From Antedon mediterranea (Eukaryota > Animalia > Echinodermata): a stretch of 64,000 nt of DNA. Both the position numbers and the translations under genes were made by a program. Shown here piece by piece: positions 40,073 to 53,300 of the stretch. A model generated the notes under the pieces. The model saw only the letters and a program-made list of their open reading frames with translations, did no database searches and had not been told where the DNA came from. Numbering within the stretch: position 1 is the stretch's first letter; every line of letters begins with the position of its first letter. Where the stretch lies: positions 3,162,001 through 3,226,000 of the forward strand of contig NC_092673.1 of the NCBI RefSeq assembly GCF_964355755.1, in the 5' to 3' direction.

Positions 40073-41220
40073 TTACAAAAATATAGAAAATGATCGTGTC
40101 TTCATTTTTTATATTTTTTAGGCCTATATTGACATATTACGATCGGGAACGGCGAATAGAACGCATTTTTTGTAATCGTCTGTAAGTTGCTGACGCATTT
40201 ATTCTATATAAAAAAAACCCTGAACATATTTAATTTCAAAAATTGATTCAATCTTTTATTTATAGTTACGTCGATGTTGTTTACTAGGTCTCAATAAGCC
40301 ATGTCCGAATCCCGTTTGCGTAATTTTTTTTTCCAGGACGAACGTGGGCAGAAATCATGAATAATTCATGAATAATTATGACATAATAGGAAACATTATC
40401 CCGTTTGACATGCTTACAATTATTGTTATGCATTCGTTCAGTGCGCATGCTGATTTACATATTTAGGTGTACGTCAAAAAGCTATTCCGTAGAATTTAAT
40501 GGCTACAGCTTTACAAAAGAATGTGTTCCTCGCGGCTCCACACCCAGAAAATGCAATGACCATTGTAAGTAGGCCTGATATTGTCTGTATTTATGATATT
40601 TTTAATGTGACATTATATTTGTAAGACGGTTGGTTGTTCAGTCCTCCTGCCGCGTGGTAATTCAGTCCTGCCGCGTAATAATTCAGTCCATTGCGTTGTT
40701 TTGGCAAAAGCTATAGGCCTAGGCCTACATTGAAGCGTGTTATATTAGCCTACATGAGGAAACAGTAAGACACTCGCATTAGTCGGCATCGCCAGTATGT
40801 TCTTGTAAATTAAGTCGTACTCGTAAAATAACCAAACCCAGATATACTTATTGTGATAATCAAAAGATTTATTTAAATTTCGTGGCATTTTATTTCAAAC
40901 AGCGAGTCAAAACCCGTAGAACAAACATGCATAAAAAAGCTAAAAAACAACTCAACAACAAATCGATTTTAAATCATATGGATATAACAACATTATTATT
41001 AAATTAATAATAAAATAGAAAGTGGCAGAAACAGTGTTTACTTAACTTTAAACCTCATTAGCAAAACATGTTACACACAAAAATAGCAACTCTACCAATA
41101 AATACTGTACAATATTTGGTATACCTAGCCTCTTTTTCAAATTTAAATTCATTTAAATTTGTCACAAGTCCGAAATTAATGTTTATTTACATTTGCAAGT
41201 TCTGTAATAGTTCTGTATAC

Positions 41221-41370
41221 TACCCCTTTCACACCAAAAGCAAAACTCCGGAGACACTCCGGAGTTGACGCCCCGCTGTTTTGGTGATCAAGCAGATCCG
41301 GTTGAACCGCTGAACATGATCCGGAGAGCGAACTGCGGGGACACCCCGGTGTTTTGGTGTGAAAGGGGTA
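41221..41370. mobile_element. MITE just downstream of the FoxI stop codon
   Basis: TIR TACCCCTTTCACACCAAAA / TTTTGGTGTGAAAGGGGTA, with TAC duplicated on both sides. Confidence 0.85.
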
Positions 41371-41409
41371 TACCATACCACGCAGGAAATGTCATTAATG
41401 TCGATGTGT

Positions 41410-42351
41410 TTATGTATCACCAATTATGCTCTGGACACTGAAACTCAACGCTGGCCTCTTTGTTGCTGACATTCTCTTTTTATCATCTTGTGAGAGTAAC
41501 TCATTTCCAGCGCTTCTTTGTATTCCTACGTCATATTTACGTAGAACCGATGTGAAGTTTGAATAATGACCAGCTATGCGATAAGAGGGGGGCGATTCCC
41601 CTTCATGTACGCTACCAGTAATGGAACTGGAATTAATAGGCCTATCAGTGGTCAATTCTGATGTCGACGACAGCAGCAGACGTTTAGAACCAGATAAGAC
41701 TACTGGATGTGGAATGGTGTTTGCAGCCGACGACGGAGAGGATGTTTCAGATGGCGTTGCAGCAGTGGAAGATGTCTGTTGTTCTGATCGACGTTTCCTC
41801 TTGCGACGGAAGTTGCCATTGTCAAACATTTTTTCACAATCTGGGTCTAGTGTCCAGTAATTTCCTTTCCCAGGGTCTCCATCATTCCGTGGAACTTTGA
41901 CGAAACAATCGTTTAGAGATAAATTGTGTCGTATTGAGTTTTGCCATCCAGTTTTACTTTTTTTGTAAAATGGAAAATGATCAGAAACAAATCTGTAAAT
42001 ACCACTAAGCGTGATTTTCTTGTCTTTAGCCGACTGAATCGACATCGCAATGAGAGCTGAGTAAGAATACGGCGGTCGTACAATTTTGTACAGATCATGA
42101 TGTGTTGCAGCGAATGGAAACCAAATGTCCGTGGGGTTTAAATAGGTCGAGCTGGGCAGAGGAATTCGGTGATAACTAGGTTGATGATGGCCTGGATAGT
42201 AGCCTGTTGAGTTATGGAAGTCTAGCCCTACTGTTGAAACGTAAGGCGATGTATGTGTCCCAAGTAATCCAGATGTGTCTGCTAGTCTCACTGGTGTTGG
42301 GTGCTGTATCGACGAATACTCCATTGTAGTTTCACCGTTGTAGTAATACAT
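41410..42351 (-). CDS. FOXI: Forkhead box I transcription factor, single coding exon, 313 aa
   Basis: Forkhead domain [13 protein letters not shown]...[16 protein letters not shown]...[30 protein letters not shown] is FoxI-typical; C-terminal eh1-like FSVQSII. Confidence 0.93.
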   Translation of the reverse strand: MYYYNGETTMEYSSIQHPTPVRLADTSGLLGTHTSPYVSTVGLDFHNSTGYYPGHHQPSYHRIPLPSSTYLNPTDIWFPFAATHHDLYKIVRPPYSYSALIAMSIQSAKDKKITLSGIYRFVSDHFPFYKKSKTGWQNSIRHNLSLNDCFVKVPRNDGDPGKGNYWTLDPDCEKMFDNGNFRRKRKRRSEQQTSSTAATPSETSSPSSAANTIPHPVVLSGSKRLLLSSTSELTTDRPINSSSITGSVHEGESPPSYRIAGHYSNFTSVLRKYDVGIQRSAGNELLSQDDKKRMSATKRPALSFSVQSIIGDT

Positions 42352-42459
42352 ATCGATAAAATATTAATTCCTGTAAATATGTGATTCTTACAGAGTTTTT
42401 TTCACAGGGTATTAGACATCCAGAACTTTAGCAAACGAGTCTATCTGCAACCGAAAAGT

Positions 42460-42535
42460 TGTATTTTATATAGGTACCCAATGCGCTGTAGAATTGAAAG
42501 TTTCTATGACGTCAGACTAACAAACAGCCAATCAC
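42460..42535 (-). promoter_or_regulatory. Putative FoxI core promoter
   Basis: TATATAAA on the minus strand (~42465-42472), perfect CRE TGACGTCA (42507-42514), forkhead site AACAAACA and CCAAT (~42528). Confidence 0.55.
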
Positions 42536-44963
42536 GAATACGTTTGTCGTTACGGTTATCAACTTTTTGAGTTTGCACTGCTAGTTGAACTGGAGTCATT
42601 TGATACGGTATTCTCTTTGAAGCTTGTCAGCTATATTTACCTTAGATTCAATTCTTGTTGCTATAAACAACAACTGATTAGATGCCATATTTATTAATAA
42701 TAATATTATCAAATTATATTTGTTTGGGTTTGTTAAATCGATACTGCTTCTTACTAGGCCTATATGGCTATAAGTTAAAGAAAGTGAAAATTGTAAAGAG
42801 TTGGGTGATTGAATACAACTGCATGATATTAATTTGTAGGAAAAAAGAAAGAAATGACGTGTCTGTTCTCCGCAACCGCCGCCCTAACATCCAAAATGAT
42901 ATATAGGTGATCCGCATGAAACGTATAACCTATTGTTCTTATTTATTGATATTAAAAACTGAAGCAGTGTTTTATACGTAGGCCCATCCTACACTTTCCA
43001 TGAAACTAGACATTGTAGGGTTTCTCTAACATTTCCAAACACGACTGTGTACATTGTAGCTTACGTACAAATCGCCTGAGGTAGGCCTGGCTGTCTTTTT
43101 GACTTTGTTGGTACACTTAAACAATCAACCTGGTGTAGGCCTAGATCCACACCACAACTTTTAAATTGTTTACGTCTGGAGTAATTTTGTTTATCGTGAA
43201 AATACAATTCATTATATAAACACACAGGTATTATTGGTTTTCTTCTTTCGGAATACTAACTCACTGGAACTGAACGTGTAAATGAATCTGGTAATTCCAC
43301 GAAAGGGGGACGATTTGATTGTCGTCGTGAACGGTTCCAATATATCTATTTCAACCAGAGTGTGTGAAAACAAACATTAATCGTATTCTTACTGAAAAGG
43401 AACGAAGAACAACGTCTCCTGAAAACGTAAACATAGGTGAATTGGTGAAAATTAAACTGTAACATAGCTCGGTCAAAAGTTAATTCGTGAGATCAGTATC
43501 AACTAATCAAAGAGTTGACAAACAAATATGCGAGTAAATTATACGGCTCAGTTTTCTTTGGTTGAAGTTCAGTGCCAATCTAACAGATTAATTACTTAAC
43601 ATTTAAGACGTAGACGACAAAGGCCCACGCCCGTCACACAATCACTACCCTGACATTTCGTATACTTTATTTTATTTAATGCAGTTATTGTAGATCAGTT
43701 ATTTTTTTCCCAACCGCTCTCTAATTGTTAAAGATGTTGGCATATTGTCCCCCTGAAAATAGCCATTGTTTGTTTATTATAAGAGTTTTAAAACAATGTT
43801 GAATATAATGTCACAAAAATAATTGAAAGCTGCCAACCAATGTGTTTTTGGTTGATTTTAACTATTTATTTTGTCATTTTATTATTATAAGTGAAAATAT
43901 AATGTTTTGGGGTGTTTTTTTCTACGGCAGTAATTAACTTGATTAAAATTAGAAAATAAACCTATAAAGTCTGATTTGCCTGCTTGTTTTTTTATTATTT
44001 TATTACTGTTTTTTTACTTTTAATTTGATTCCTTATTTGGTCTGTATCGTATATCGAATTTTGCATTTTCGCTTTGTTGAATAGGAAACAAACATTAATA
44101 ATATAGTAGGCCTAGTAGGCCTAAGTGATAAATATAATGCCCAAATCGGCGAAATTGCCGTTCCCAAGTTTTATTTTATCAATTTCGCGCATGATAGCGG
44201 ATATATCTCATAACACGATAAGTGTGTGAATTCAATCTGATACATTGCATTTTGTATCAGTGGAGTTATTGATATGAAGCAATTAAAATCGTGTTGAGCT
44301 GGCGTATCAGTGACCAGTGACCAAACCACAAACGTGAAAATGCTGATTGATGGTCGGTAGATTAAATGAGCATTATATTAGATTGACTCCATTATTAATT
44401 TGGATGTTTCTTGTTTAATAAAATTGTCCTTTTAAACGCCAAGAACAACAAGGCACTAAGAATTACAATCGTTATACAATAGTTAGGCCTATTTGAAAAA
44501 AAAATTGAAAGAAAAAAATAGGTTTAAATAAATGATTTATTTTATTCGTTTAATTATTACTTTTTAAAACAAATTTAGCATGGAATATTATTCCATTCTG
44601 CTTTATTATAATCCGGTATGTTATAATTATGAATTTTAATTAAATTTTTTTTAAATGAATTAAAAAAATTAAACAATAGTGACCTTATGTAAAAAATACT
44701 TTAAAAATATAATTAGATTTGAAATAAATTTAACTTCGTCATTTTCATTTCTAAAAAACGGATCTATAATATTATGGAGTTACTATTCTCTTTGTTATTA
44801 TATTTATGGGTACAATTTATTTATTCGGAATTACACCTTTAGTGCAGGGAGTAGCTCCTGAGTGTAAGTAAGTAAGTGTAATAGTATTGGCCCTCAACCA
44901 AACAAAAGGCTATTGCCCTACTTAGCCGAACAAAGACATTTCGAAGCCCGCCCACTACCAGTT

Positions 44964-45036
44964 GCCTCCTTGGCGCAGTCGGCAGCGCGTCAGTCTCATA
45001 ATCTGAAGGTCGTGAGTTCGAGCCTCACAGGGGGCA
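44964..45036 (+). tRNA. tRNA-Met(CAT), elongator type
   Basis: Cloverleaf GCCTCCT/AGGGGGC, D stem GCGC/GCGC, anticodon loop CTCATAA, T arm GTGAG-TTCGAGC-CTCAC. G1-C72 and TTC indicate an elongator; T7 Pol III terminator at ~45042. Confidence 0.96.
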
Positions 45037-45169
45037 CTTTATTTTTTTGATACATTTAAACTTATTAAACATTCTTTTAAATTCTGCATTATGAAGGAAA
45101 CAAATTTATATTTAGGGAAATTATCTTTTTAAAATAAATTTTACTTCCAAATTAAATTCATCAGAAGAA

Positions 45170-45400
45170 TGTTTTTGTTGTTTGTTAACGTTTTCCGTCT
45201 TCCGACATTATGCTTTCCACAATTTGTTTCCATTTTTTCTGTTTATGGCAGGATGGTTTGTTATTGTGTTAGTGTCTACTTGTCCTTGTAAGTCTTTCTT
45301 TATTTTGTTCATCCAGTTATTTCTTGGTCTTCCTACGGGTCGTTTTACTTTCCTTCATTGTTTGTTTGATTGGGGTATCATCCGGTAATCTAATTAAGAC
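45170..45400 (-). mobile_element. LINE 3'-end fragment (RTE-like), uninterrupted copy
   Basis: Encodes [55 protein letters not shown], followed by an AAC-rich tail. Confidence 0.75.
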
Positions 45401-45431
45401 TGTATCTATAAATTATATCCATATCTTTCTT

Positions 45432-45530
45432 AGCTATGTCTACACTATAAAACTAGTTAAACAAAAAGTGTGATGTGCCCAAATATGGTAGTGATATGAC
45501 ATCATGTTCATATATGGGCACATCACAAAT
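45432..45530. mobile_element. MITE family A, partial copy
   Basis: AGCTATGTCTACACTATAAAACTAG...CATATATGGGCACATCACA. Confidence 0.7.
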
Positions 45531-46294
45531 TTATTATTGATACCACTGTTGGCCGATTCTAATTAGAATAAAATATACTTCATACAAAATATACTTTTCA
45601 AATAAAAACGATTTATTAAACAACATCAGTACCATATTGTCAAACAAAGAAAACGTTCTTTTTACAGTTTAATGCAAATATCAAAATTATATAAATTGAC
45701 CTCCTAAAGAAAAAAATACTGTAGGCTACATTTTTACTAAATTAAGGTACACATTATACATAAAAAGATATTCTTTCTTTTTTCAGAGGCAAATTTGAAA
45801 AATAATGTGAAGGAATGTACTTGTGCTGGACGAAGGTGATAAAACATAGATCATGCAGCCGTTTGTCCATCCAGCTTTCTGTTGACACCCCCACCCATCT
45901 TCTAGATTGGTTAGGCCACACTGAATAGATTATTTCATCATTTTGTCATTTCCCCTTCAAATGACAGTATGTAATACAAAAATATATAAGAAATTTTGAA
46001 AAATTAAATGTTTGTCGATTTTAAAAGTTTTCATATCCCTTCACATGATTTTGTATGTTTAGATGTTTGAACTTTTTTTATTTACTGTACATGTGTTATT
46101 CTCAGACACAATCTTCCCAGTTTATACAATCCTTTCAAATAATCCCATTTGAAATTTGAACTTTCAGCAAGTCTTTCGTTTGTATTGTATCAGTACCATC
46201 AGTAGTTCATAGGTTTATATATATATACATACACAGGTCCTGTCCATTGTAGCCAAATCCTTGTAAATGTGTTATACCAGTAACTGTCCGTCTG

Positions 46295-47035
46295 TTATAT
46301 AACTCTCTCCAATGCTTCTAACAAGATGATACTGTTACCTCTAATAACCTAGAATAAAAAAATTAAAATTAAAATATTCAATTTCTTGATTTATTTCAGA
46401 TAGTGGATCCCAGATAGTTATTATTGGAACAAAGACAGGAATTAAATTTGCTCGACAACGGATACATACCACCATTCCGATTTCATGCTTTTCGTTGCCT
46501 CTTTCTTCAACTGCTTCATCGATTACCAGGTTCATAAATGGGTCGAATCCACGTAAAACACCAGTAACTTTTCTGTTGCCATTTACTTTCACTGAAATTA
46601 TAAATAAGTACAATTATTTTTTAGCCTCTAGCCTAGACTAGTCTTATTCGTATCGAGAATGTTTGTAAATAATATTATAATACAAATTGAATAACTTAAC
46701 ATTAACAGATGAATTACTTACATGCTAATCTTTTTTCCATGAATCTGAAACAAAAAATATACAAGTAAGTTTAAGAAAATAGATACTTATAGGTTAAGCT
46801 AGGCATAGCATACCTTCTACAGTAAGCTAGGCCTACTTACTTAGCCTAGCCTCCACGGTACACCGCTACTGGAGCCTCTCGGCTCTGCCCTGAAAACGAG
46901 ACGATGACGGCCTAAACTATCACGTTATTTATCTCAACTAATAGACAATATAACGCGTAATATACAATAAGGTGAACAGAAAAATACAAAAACTATAACT
47001 AACTTCTTTAACTCTGGTGGATGTGCTTTACTCAT
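46295..47035 (-). CDS. SNRPG: Small nuclear ribonucleoprotein G (SmG), 76 aa
   Basis: Exons 47035-47004, 46744-46722, 46591-46470, 46348-46295: [44 protein letters not shown]...[21 protein letters not shown]. Confidence 0.97.
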
Positions 47036-47321
47036 AGTTGATTATTTGGATAATATTATTATATTCAAAAACTTTTAAATCACACAACAACAAGACGCTC
47101 AACCACCGTTTTGATGAAGCGCCCTCTATCATAAAAAATATATTGATAAAAATTACATACAATTTATGAAATAGCCTGGCAACTAATGACGATTGCAAAA
47201 GAGTTGCGGAAGAAGATGTGTTATTTTTAACAATAAAACCTAGTTTTTTATCTATTAGAGATTAAATTAAATTACAAAATATACAATAATAGGGATTGAG
47301 TTTTCTGGTGAAGTTGTGGAC

Positions 47322-50300
47322 ATGCTTCCACGAAATAACGAGTTGCTTTGTGGTGTTGTTGAAGGTAAGGCCTCTCTCATCAGCTCAGTACTGCTAGCTA
47401 GTAGTAGGCCTAGCCTTTCCCAACCAACCATCATTAAAAAATAGTACAGCCCCCTCTGTCTGCTGGCTCTGCCTGAACTGAGCAGCCTCTTTATGTTGAT
47501 GTATTGTGGGCCCTATATAGTAAGATCTACTTCTACTGCTAGGGAGGAATACATTGATAGTTACAGTATAATTAAACGAGTCGGGAGAAGATTGCTTAGC
47601 TTATTTTTTATAATCTAGTCTTATTATATAGTCGTACTAAATCATTCGTTGTGTATTTATTTCAAGATACATACATCATGATTGATTTGCATAGAAAGAA
47701 TCGGTGGTGTATCACTGCCATGCATTCATTACGATAGTTCAAGAATTATAATAAACCTAAATATTGTTATCAAATAACATGCTATAACACAACAATATAA
47801 ATTCTTTGTTTTGTTCTTACAGGATTCTATGGCAGACCTTGGCGGACAGACCAAAGAAAGGATCTGTTTTGTTTGATGAAACGTCTGGGTCTTAACACTT
47901 ACATGTATGCACCCAAAGATGATGCTAAACATAGAGCGTATTGGAGAGAGTTGTATTCTGTTGAAGAAGCTGGTACAAATAAACATTATTATGACTTTAT
48001 CATAATCATACATATATCCACACAATACAACACAACAGTACAATAAAAACCCATCCTTTAACACATTAATTTGTCAACCAGTATTAAAATAAGAGGCAAA
48101 TATATTTGTTAACACTACAGCCAATCCTTATTCGGAGGACGTCCCTATTAAAAGTGAACACTTTGTTGGGACTACAGTATAAATTAAGCTACCAGTCAAA
48201 AGTGCTCAGAGGTTAAACCATACAGCTATAATGTTATAGCTCTATGATTAAACAGTAAACCCTCTGTGCTAGTTACTCAGTCTACTTTAAAGATGTATTG
48301 TCCCCTGAAAAAATTACTAATTTAACACAAAAAGTGGATAACTTAATTAATACTGCAAAATGGGCTATTAAAAGTCTGATTTTTTAAATCTTTATTGTTC
48401 ATGGTTTTTGAGGACAATACAATTAAATAAGTAATTAAATTAAACTGCATCAACTCAATAATAATCATTATCATTATACACAGATCATCTGACTGCATTA
48501 GTAACAGCTGCAAGGGAAAGTGATGTGCAATTTGTCTATGCTCTTTCCCCTGGCTTAGACATTACCTACTCAAGTCCTAAGGAACTGACTGCCTTAAAAC
48601 GCAAACTAGAACAGGTATTTCATTTTAATTTGTTATTTATTTATACTGGGTAACTGCTTCAGTCAAAGAATGGTCTCCCAGAGGGCCCAGTTATGATCGG
48701 AGGCTGTGTGTGTACTAGTACACCGGGGTAACCCCCTACTCGTCTTGAAAGATGTACTAGGTTCTTTAAAGTGCACATGAACTAGACACTGGACCTATGG
48801 TTTATAGTCCTTATCTGAAAAGACTTGTTCTACCACCAGAACCATGGAACGAGTGAGGCTCAAACCCTTGCCGATGTTTAAGGCTACGTAATTACGGTAC
48901 TACTGTCTTAACCGCTTGGCCACTCGCTCATTTGCTGAAGATATAGTTTGAAATGCCTTACATTTTTGTTTATACTATCATAGAACAGGTATTGATTGTT
49001 AAGTTTGTAAGGCATATGTATGTTCATGGATGCGAAGAAACATTAATTATTATTACTAGTATATTAGTGAATATTATGTTATTATTATGTTAATTTTCTA
49101 TTTTACAGGTGTCCCAGTTTGGTTGCAAGGCATTTGCTATTCTTTTTGATGACATTGATACTGACTTATGCCAAGCAGATAAAGATGGATTTCAGTCTTT
49201 AGCACATGCACAAGTTTCTGTCACTAATGAAGTATATGAACATCTCAATAGGCCATGCTTCTTGTTTTGTCCCACAGGTAAGTCTTATATTGTTTGTTGT
49301 AAATACCCTATTAATACAGAAACATGTATCTTGTAGCCTAAAGCGTCAACACTATCAAACTTTTGAGAAAAAATCCTGGCATTTAAATTTCAATTTATTT
49401 TCACAAGATACATCAACTGGTTGCATTTGAACCCATAACCCTGGCTGAGCTACAACCCCACTATCCAGGCTACCACTCCACTAAATATAATATTATTTTA
49501 GTATCTTAAACTATTTGTGTTGTTTTTTCTTCAGAATATTGCTCCACGAGAGCTACACCTAGCGTAGAGTCATCGGAATACCTGGCGATTACTGGTTCCA
49601 AACTTCACCCGGACATCCTATTTATGTGGACAGGTAAAATGGCCATGATGATCATGATAAAGAACCAATGTTAATGTTAATCAATATAATATAGTACTTA
49701 TTTTTCAATGTCTTAAGCTCTGTCTACACTATCAAACTAGTTTAACAAAAAAGTGCCCAATTATGGTAGGGATATGCTTAAATATGTCCATATATGGGTG
49801 CATCACATTTTTTTGTCACATAAAGTTTTATAGTGTAGACAGAGCTTTTGTTATAAACATTTGATAATTTGACAATTAAAACTGTGTTTTATTTATATCA
49901 AGGTCCAAAAGTGGTATCAAAGACAATCACCTGTGAATCAATTAAACAACTATCAAGCGTAATTAAAAGGAAGCCAGTGATATGGGACAACATTCATGCT
50001 AATGATTATGACCAGAAACGACTCTTTTTAGGTATTTTTTACTATTTTATATTTGAATATGTTCTCGTGAGACATATAGGAGCATTTAATTCATGCATTC
50101 TTAAATTACTTACATTGACATGCCAGTGAACGTATGACGTAAAAACCTTGGGATCTGATCTTGTAATCTCTATAGTAACACTTGTCTGTTGTGGAAGTGG
50201 AAGTACACAAGCTTTGCCCGGGCTTATGTCCGGCTAAGTGTGTAGCTTAGCCCCAGCCTAGATCCTAGCATGCCATAAAAATGATGTAATTACTAATAGT

Positions 50301-53300
50301 GTAGCAGTCGGCATAGTTGATGTGAAAATCTAAAAGTTCCTAATATAATCAACATATTTTTACAGGTCCATATGAAGGAAGGTCAACCGAGCTTATACCA
50401 TACTTAAGTGGTGTACTCACAAATCCCAACTGTGAGTTTGAGAGTAATTTCATAGCATTTCACACATTGGCTTCCTGGGCTAAGAGTGACTTGGAAGAAG
50501 ATAAACAAGATCTTGCAATGGGTAATTAATTTTCTTTTTTGTACATCCGTTTTTAAAAAATATACTAAAACATAAAGATTATTTTTTTGTGTATGGCTGT
50601 GTCATGAACTTATTTGAAAGCCTAAGTGTCAGTTTATATCTCGTCTGGTTAGACCAGATAGTCCTTAAGACTTATATCACCACCATAAACAAATCTAAGA
50701 ACAGATAGGAACGCGTAACAGTCCTTTGATCTTATGTCTGGCTGCGACAAATACCAACAGTACTGTACTATGTACATATTCTCTGCAAAGCGTGGAACTG
50801 ATCGTGACGCAGCCACATATAAACCCTTTGATCTTCAGAGCGCAGCATCCTGTTTATATTGCCTTGCTTAAACCATACTGAGCACATTTTTTTTTAAACA
50901 ATTTTTATTTCATATTTCATGGTGAACATTGTATATTTTTTGCTAATTTGTGGTTTTTACAAAAAATATTTAGGTGATATTTCAGACAATCCAACAATAG
51001 CAGCAGAAATCAAACTTGAAAGAGATGGAGACAACGAAACGCCACAAAGTCCAACGCCACATCATGGAAGGTACAACCCTCTGTCGGCTTTGAAGGCTGC
51101 CATAGTTGATTGGTTAGAAATCATCCAAGAACCAAGAACGGCTGAAGGTTTACGTACTGATCCATCTGGTCTTATAAACGCAAACTTGGTTGCAGCCTCG
51201 GTAAACGCTGCTCCTATCCCGAGCATAAACACATGTATGGCGGTAACGCAAACTACAAACTCAACGGTTACTCCGTTACCGCCCGAAGGAACAATAAGTA
51301 GTGGTATTGTGAAGAATAAAAACCTTATGGAAAACCTTGTTAATTCTGGTAGTAACTATACACCAATAATGAACCCTGTCAGTTCTCTAGTAACCAAAAC
51401 AACTGATGAAGTTTTAGAACCAATGGACTGTCTACCTGAAGTGGACACTTCAAAAGCTAATGTTGTACCGACAAAATTGAGCTCAGTTGTTTCAATATGT
51501 CCGTCCACTGTTTCTAAAAACTTTGACTCTGCAATGCAAGTGGACGATAGTTTAAACAAAGACATTAATAACAAAAGCGACACTTCTACGGATACTGAAA
51601 TGCAGATAGATATGGACCAAAATAGTAAACTTATCGAAGATTCAATTTCTGGGACATCAGTGACTGTACTGTCTGAAACGGTTAAACATGGAATTGATAA
51701 ACTAACTTTAGAAGATGTAGCCCTTTTAGTAGACCTATTCTATTTACCTTATGAACATGGAAAACAAGCAGTGCATTTACTAGAGGAATGCTTTTGGTTG
51801 AAATCAAATGCATATGCAGTAACAGAAGCTAAGAAGATTGGCAGTCCTTCTGATAAGGTATAGTTTTTGTTGTTGTCTAGTAATGTTTTTTTTTTCATCT
51901 TAATGCAGCTCTTGCATTCCTCAGACAACTCCTGCATCCTGCCGCCATGTCCTGCATCCAGCCGCCAACTCCCGCATCCTGCTTCACTTCTGCAACTCTT
52001 GCATCACTTTTTCTGCAGCTCTTGCATCACTTCTGCAGCTCTTGCATCACTTCTGCAGCTCTTGCATCTCTTGTTCCACAGAAAACTTTACCAGCTCTTT
52101 CATTCCTCTGATCAGTTGCACAGCATCCTGCTATTTGTCTCGTCTTACATAATTTATAATAATGTTCTTTTCTATTTATTTCAAGGCACTTGAGTGGTCA
52201 GATAGAGCAGCCCGATTTGTTGAAAATGGCAAACGGATGAAAATAATGTTCTCTCGGCTAATGAATATTCCGAACCGCTCACTCATGTACGAAATCTACA
52301 GCTATGTTTGGGATATCGAAGGTGTTATTTCGTTGTTGATGTCTTTTGTAAAGTGGCTGGGTAGGTATTCATACAAATGAAAATGATTAAAAACATACAC
52401 AAAAGTTTTAGTGTGTAATTTATCTAAACTAAAAATTAAATTAACTAAAATATACACTTTAAAAGAATTAAATTCATTAATCAGCCTGTAATAAAGTTTA
52501 CTATGACAATATGTAAACTTAAACTTTATTTCTGGCAATAATTACAATTAAAGTATAACAAATTTAAAACCAGGATTATTGTGATGCAATATTGAATAGG
52601 TAGCTTATAAGAAACCCTAAATGATCAACATGTCACTTAAAAGAACTATTTTATAGTATTTGAAGTTGTGAAGTGTCTAACAGTAACAATACTCACAAGA
52701 TTAATGAGAATATCAGAGAGAAATATAAATAACTGTAACCATAGTGATTATGTAATCATTGTTATGCTGTACATCCAAAATAAGCTTGGTTTTCACTTGT
52801 TTGAAAGAATTATTTATTATCAATCAGAATTATTTAGAATTAATTTATCATAAATTTTAATCTTTAATATATAAAGTAAATTATAAATTAAACTTCAAAT
52901 GTTTTTATGCATTATATATTTACGATGGATGTATTGATCAAGTGTACACAAACTTTATACCACATCTTTTTGAATATGATTGTTATGTTGGATTGATTGA
53001 AAACTAAGACACACCTTTTTTAATAAACAATTTTTCATTTACCTGTGAGGTATTAGCGTGTGATTTCTTAATCATGTGTCTGTGATACCATGCTGTTGTT
53101 TGGTATCATGGCAACCAATTAAGGGTTGATTACTTTTTTGGCAATATTAATAAGATTATGGGGGTTAAAATTTGTGACAGAACAATAAAAACACATGATT
53201 GTAAGATCACTTAGCTCCTCACATTTTAAAGAAATGTTTCAAAGATTGCGATGACTTGTTTAATGCTAATTTAGTTCCAGATTAATAATAATAATGTAAA

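Noticed and set aside
47115-47130. CTCF-like GCGCCCTCT motifs (also ~2499 and ~61459)
   Set aside because: Only partial consensus matches; cannot be supported from sequence alone.
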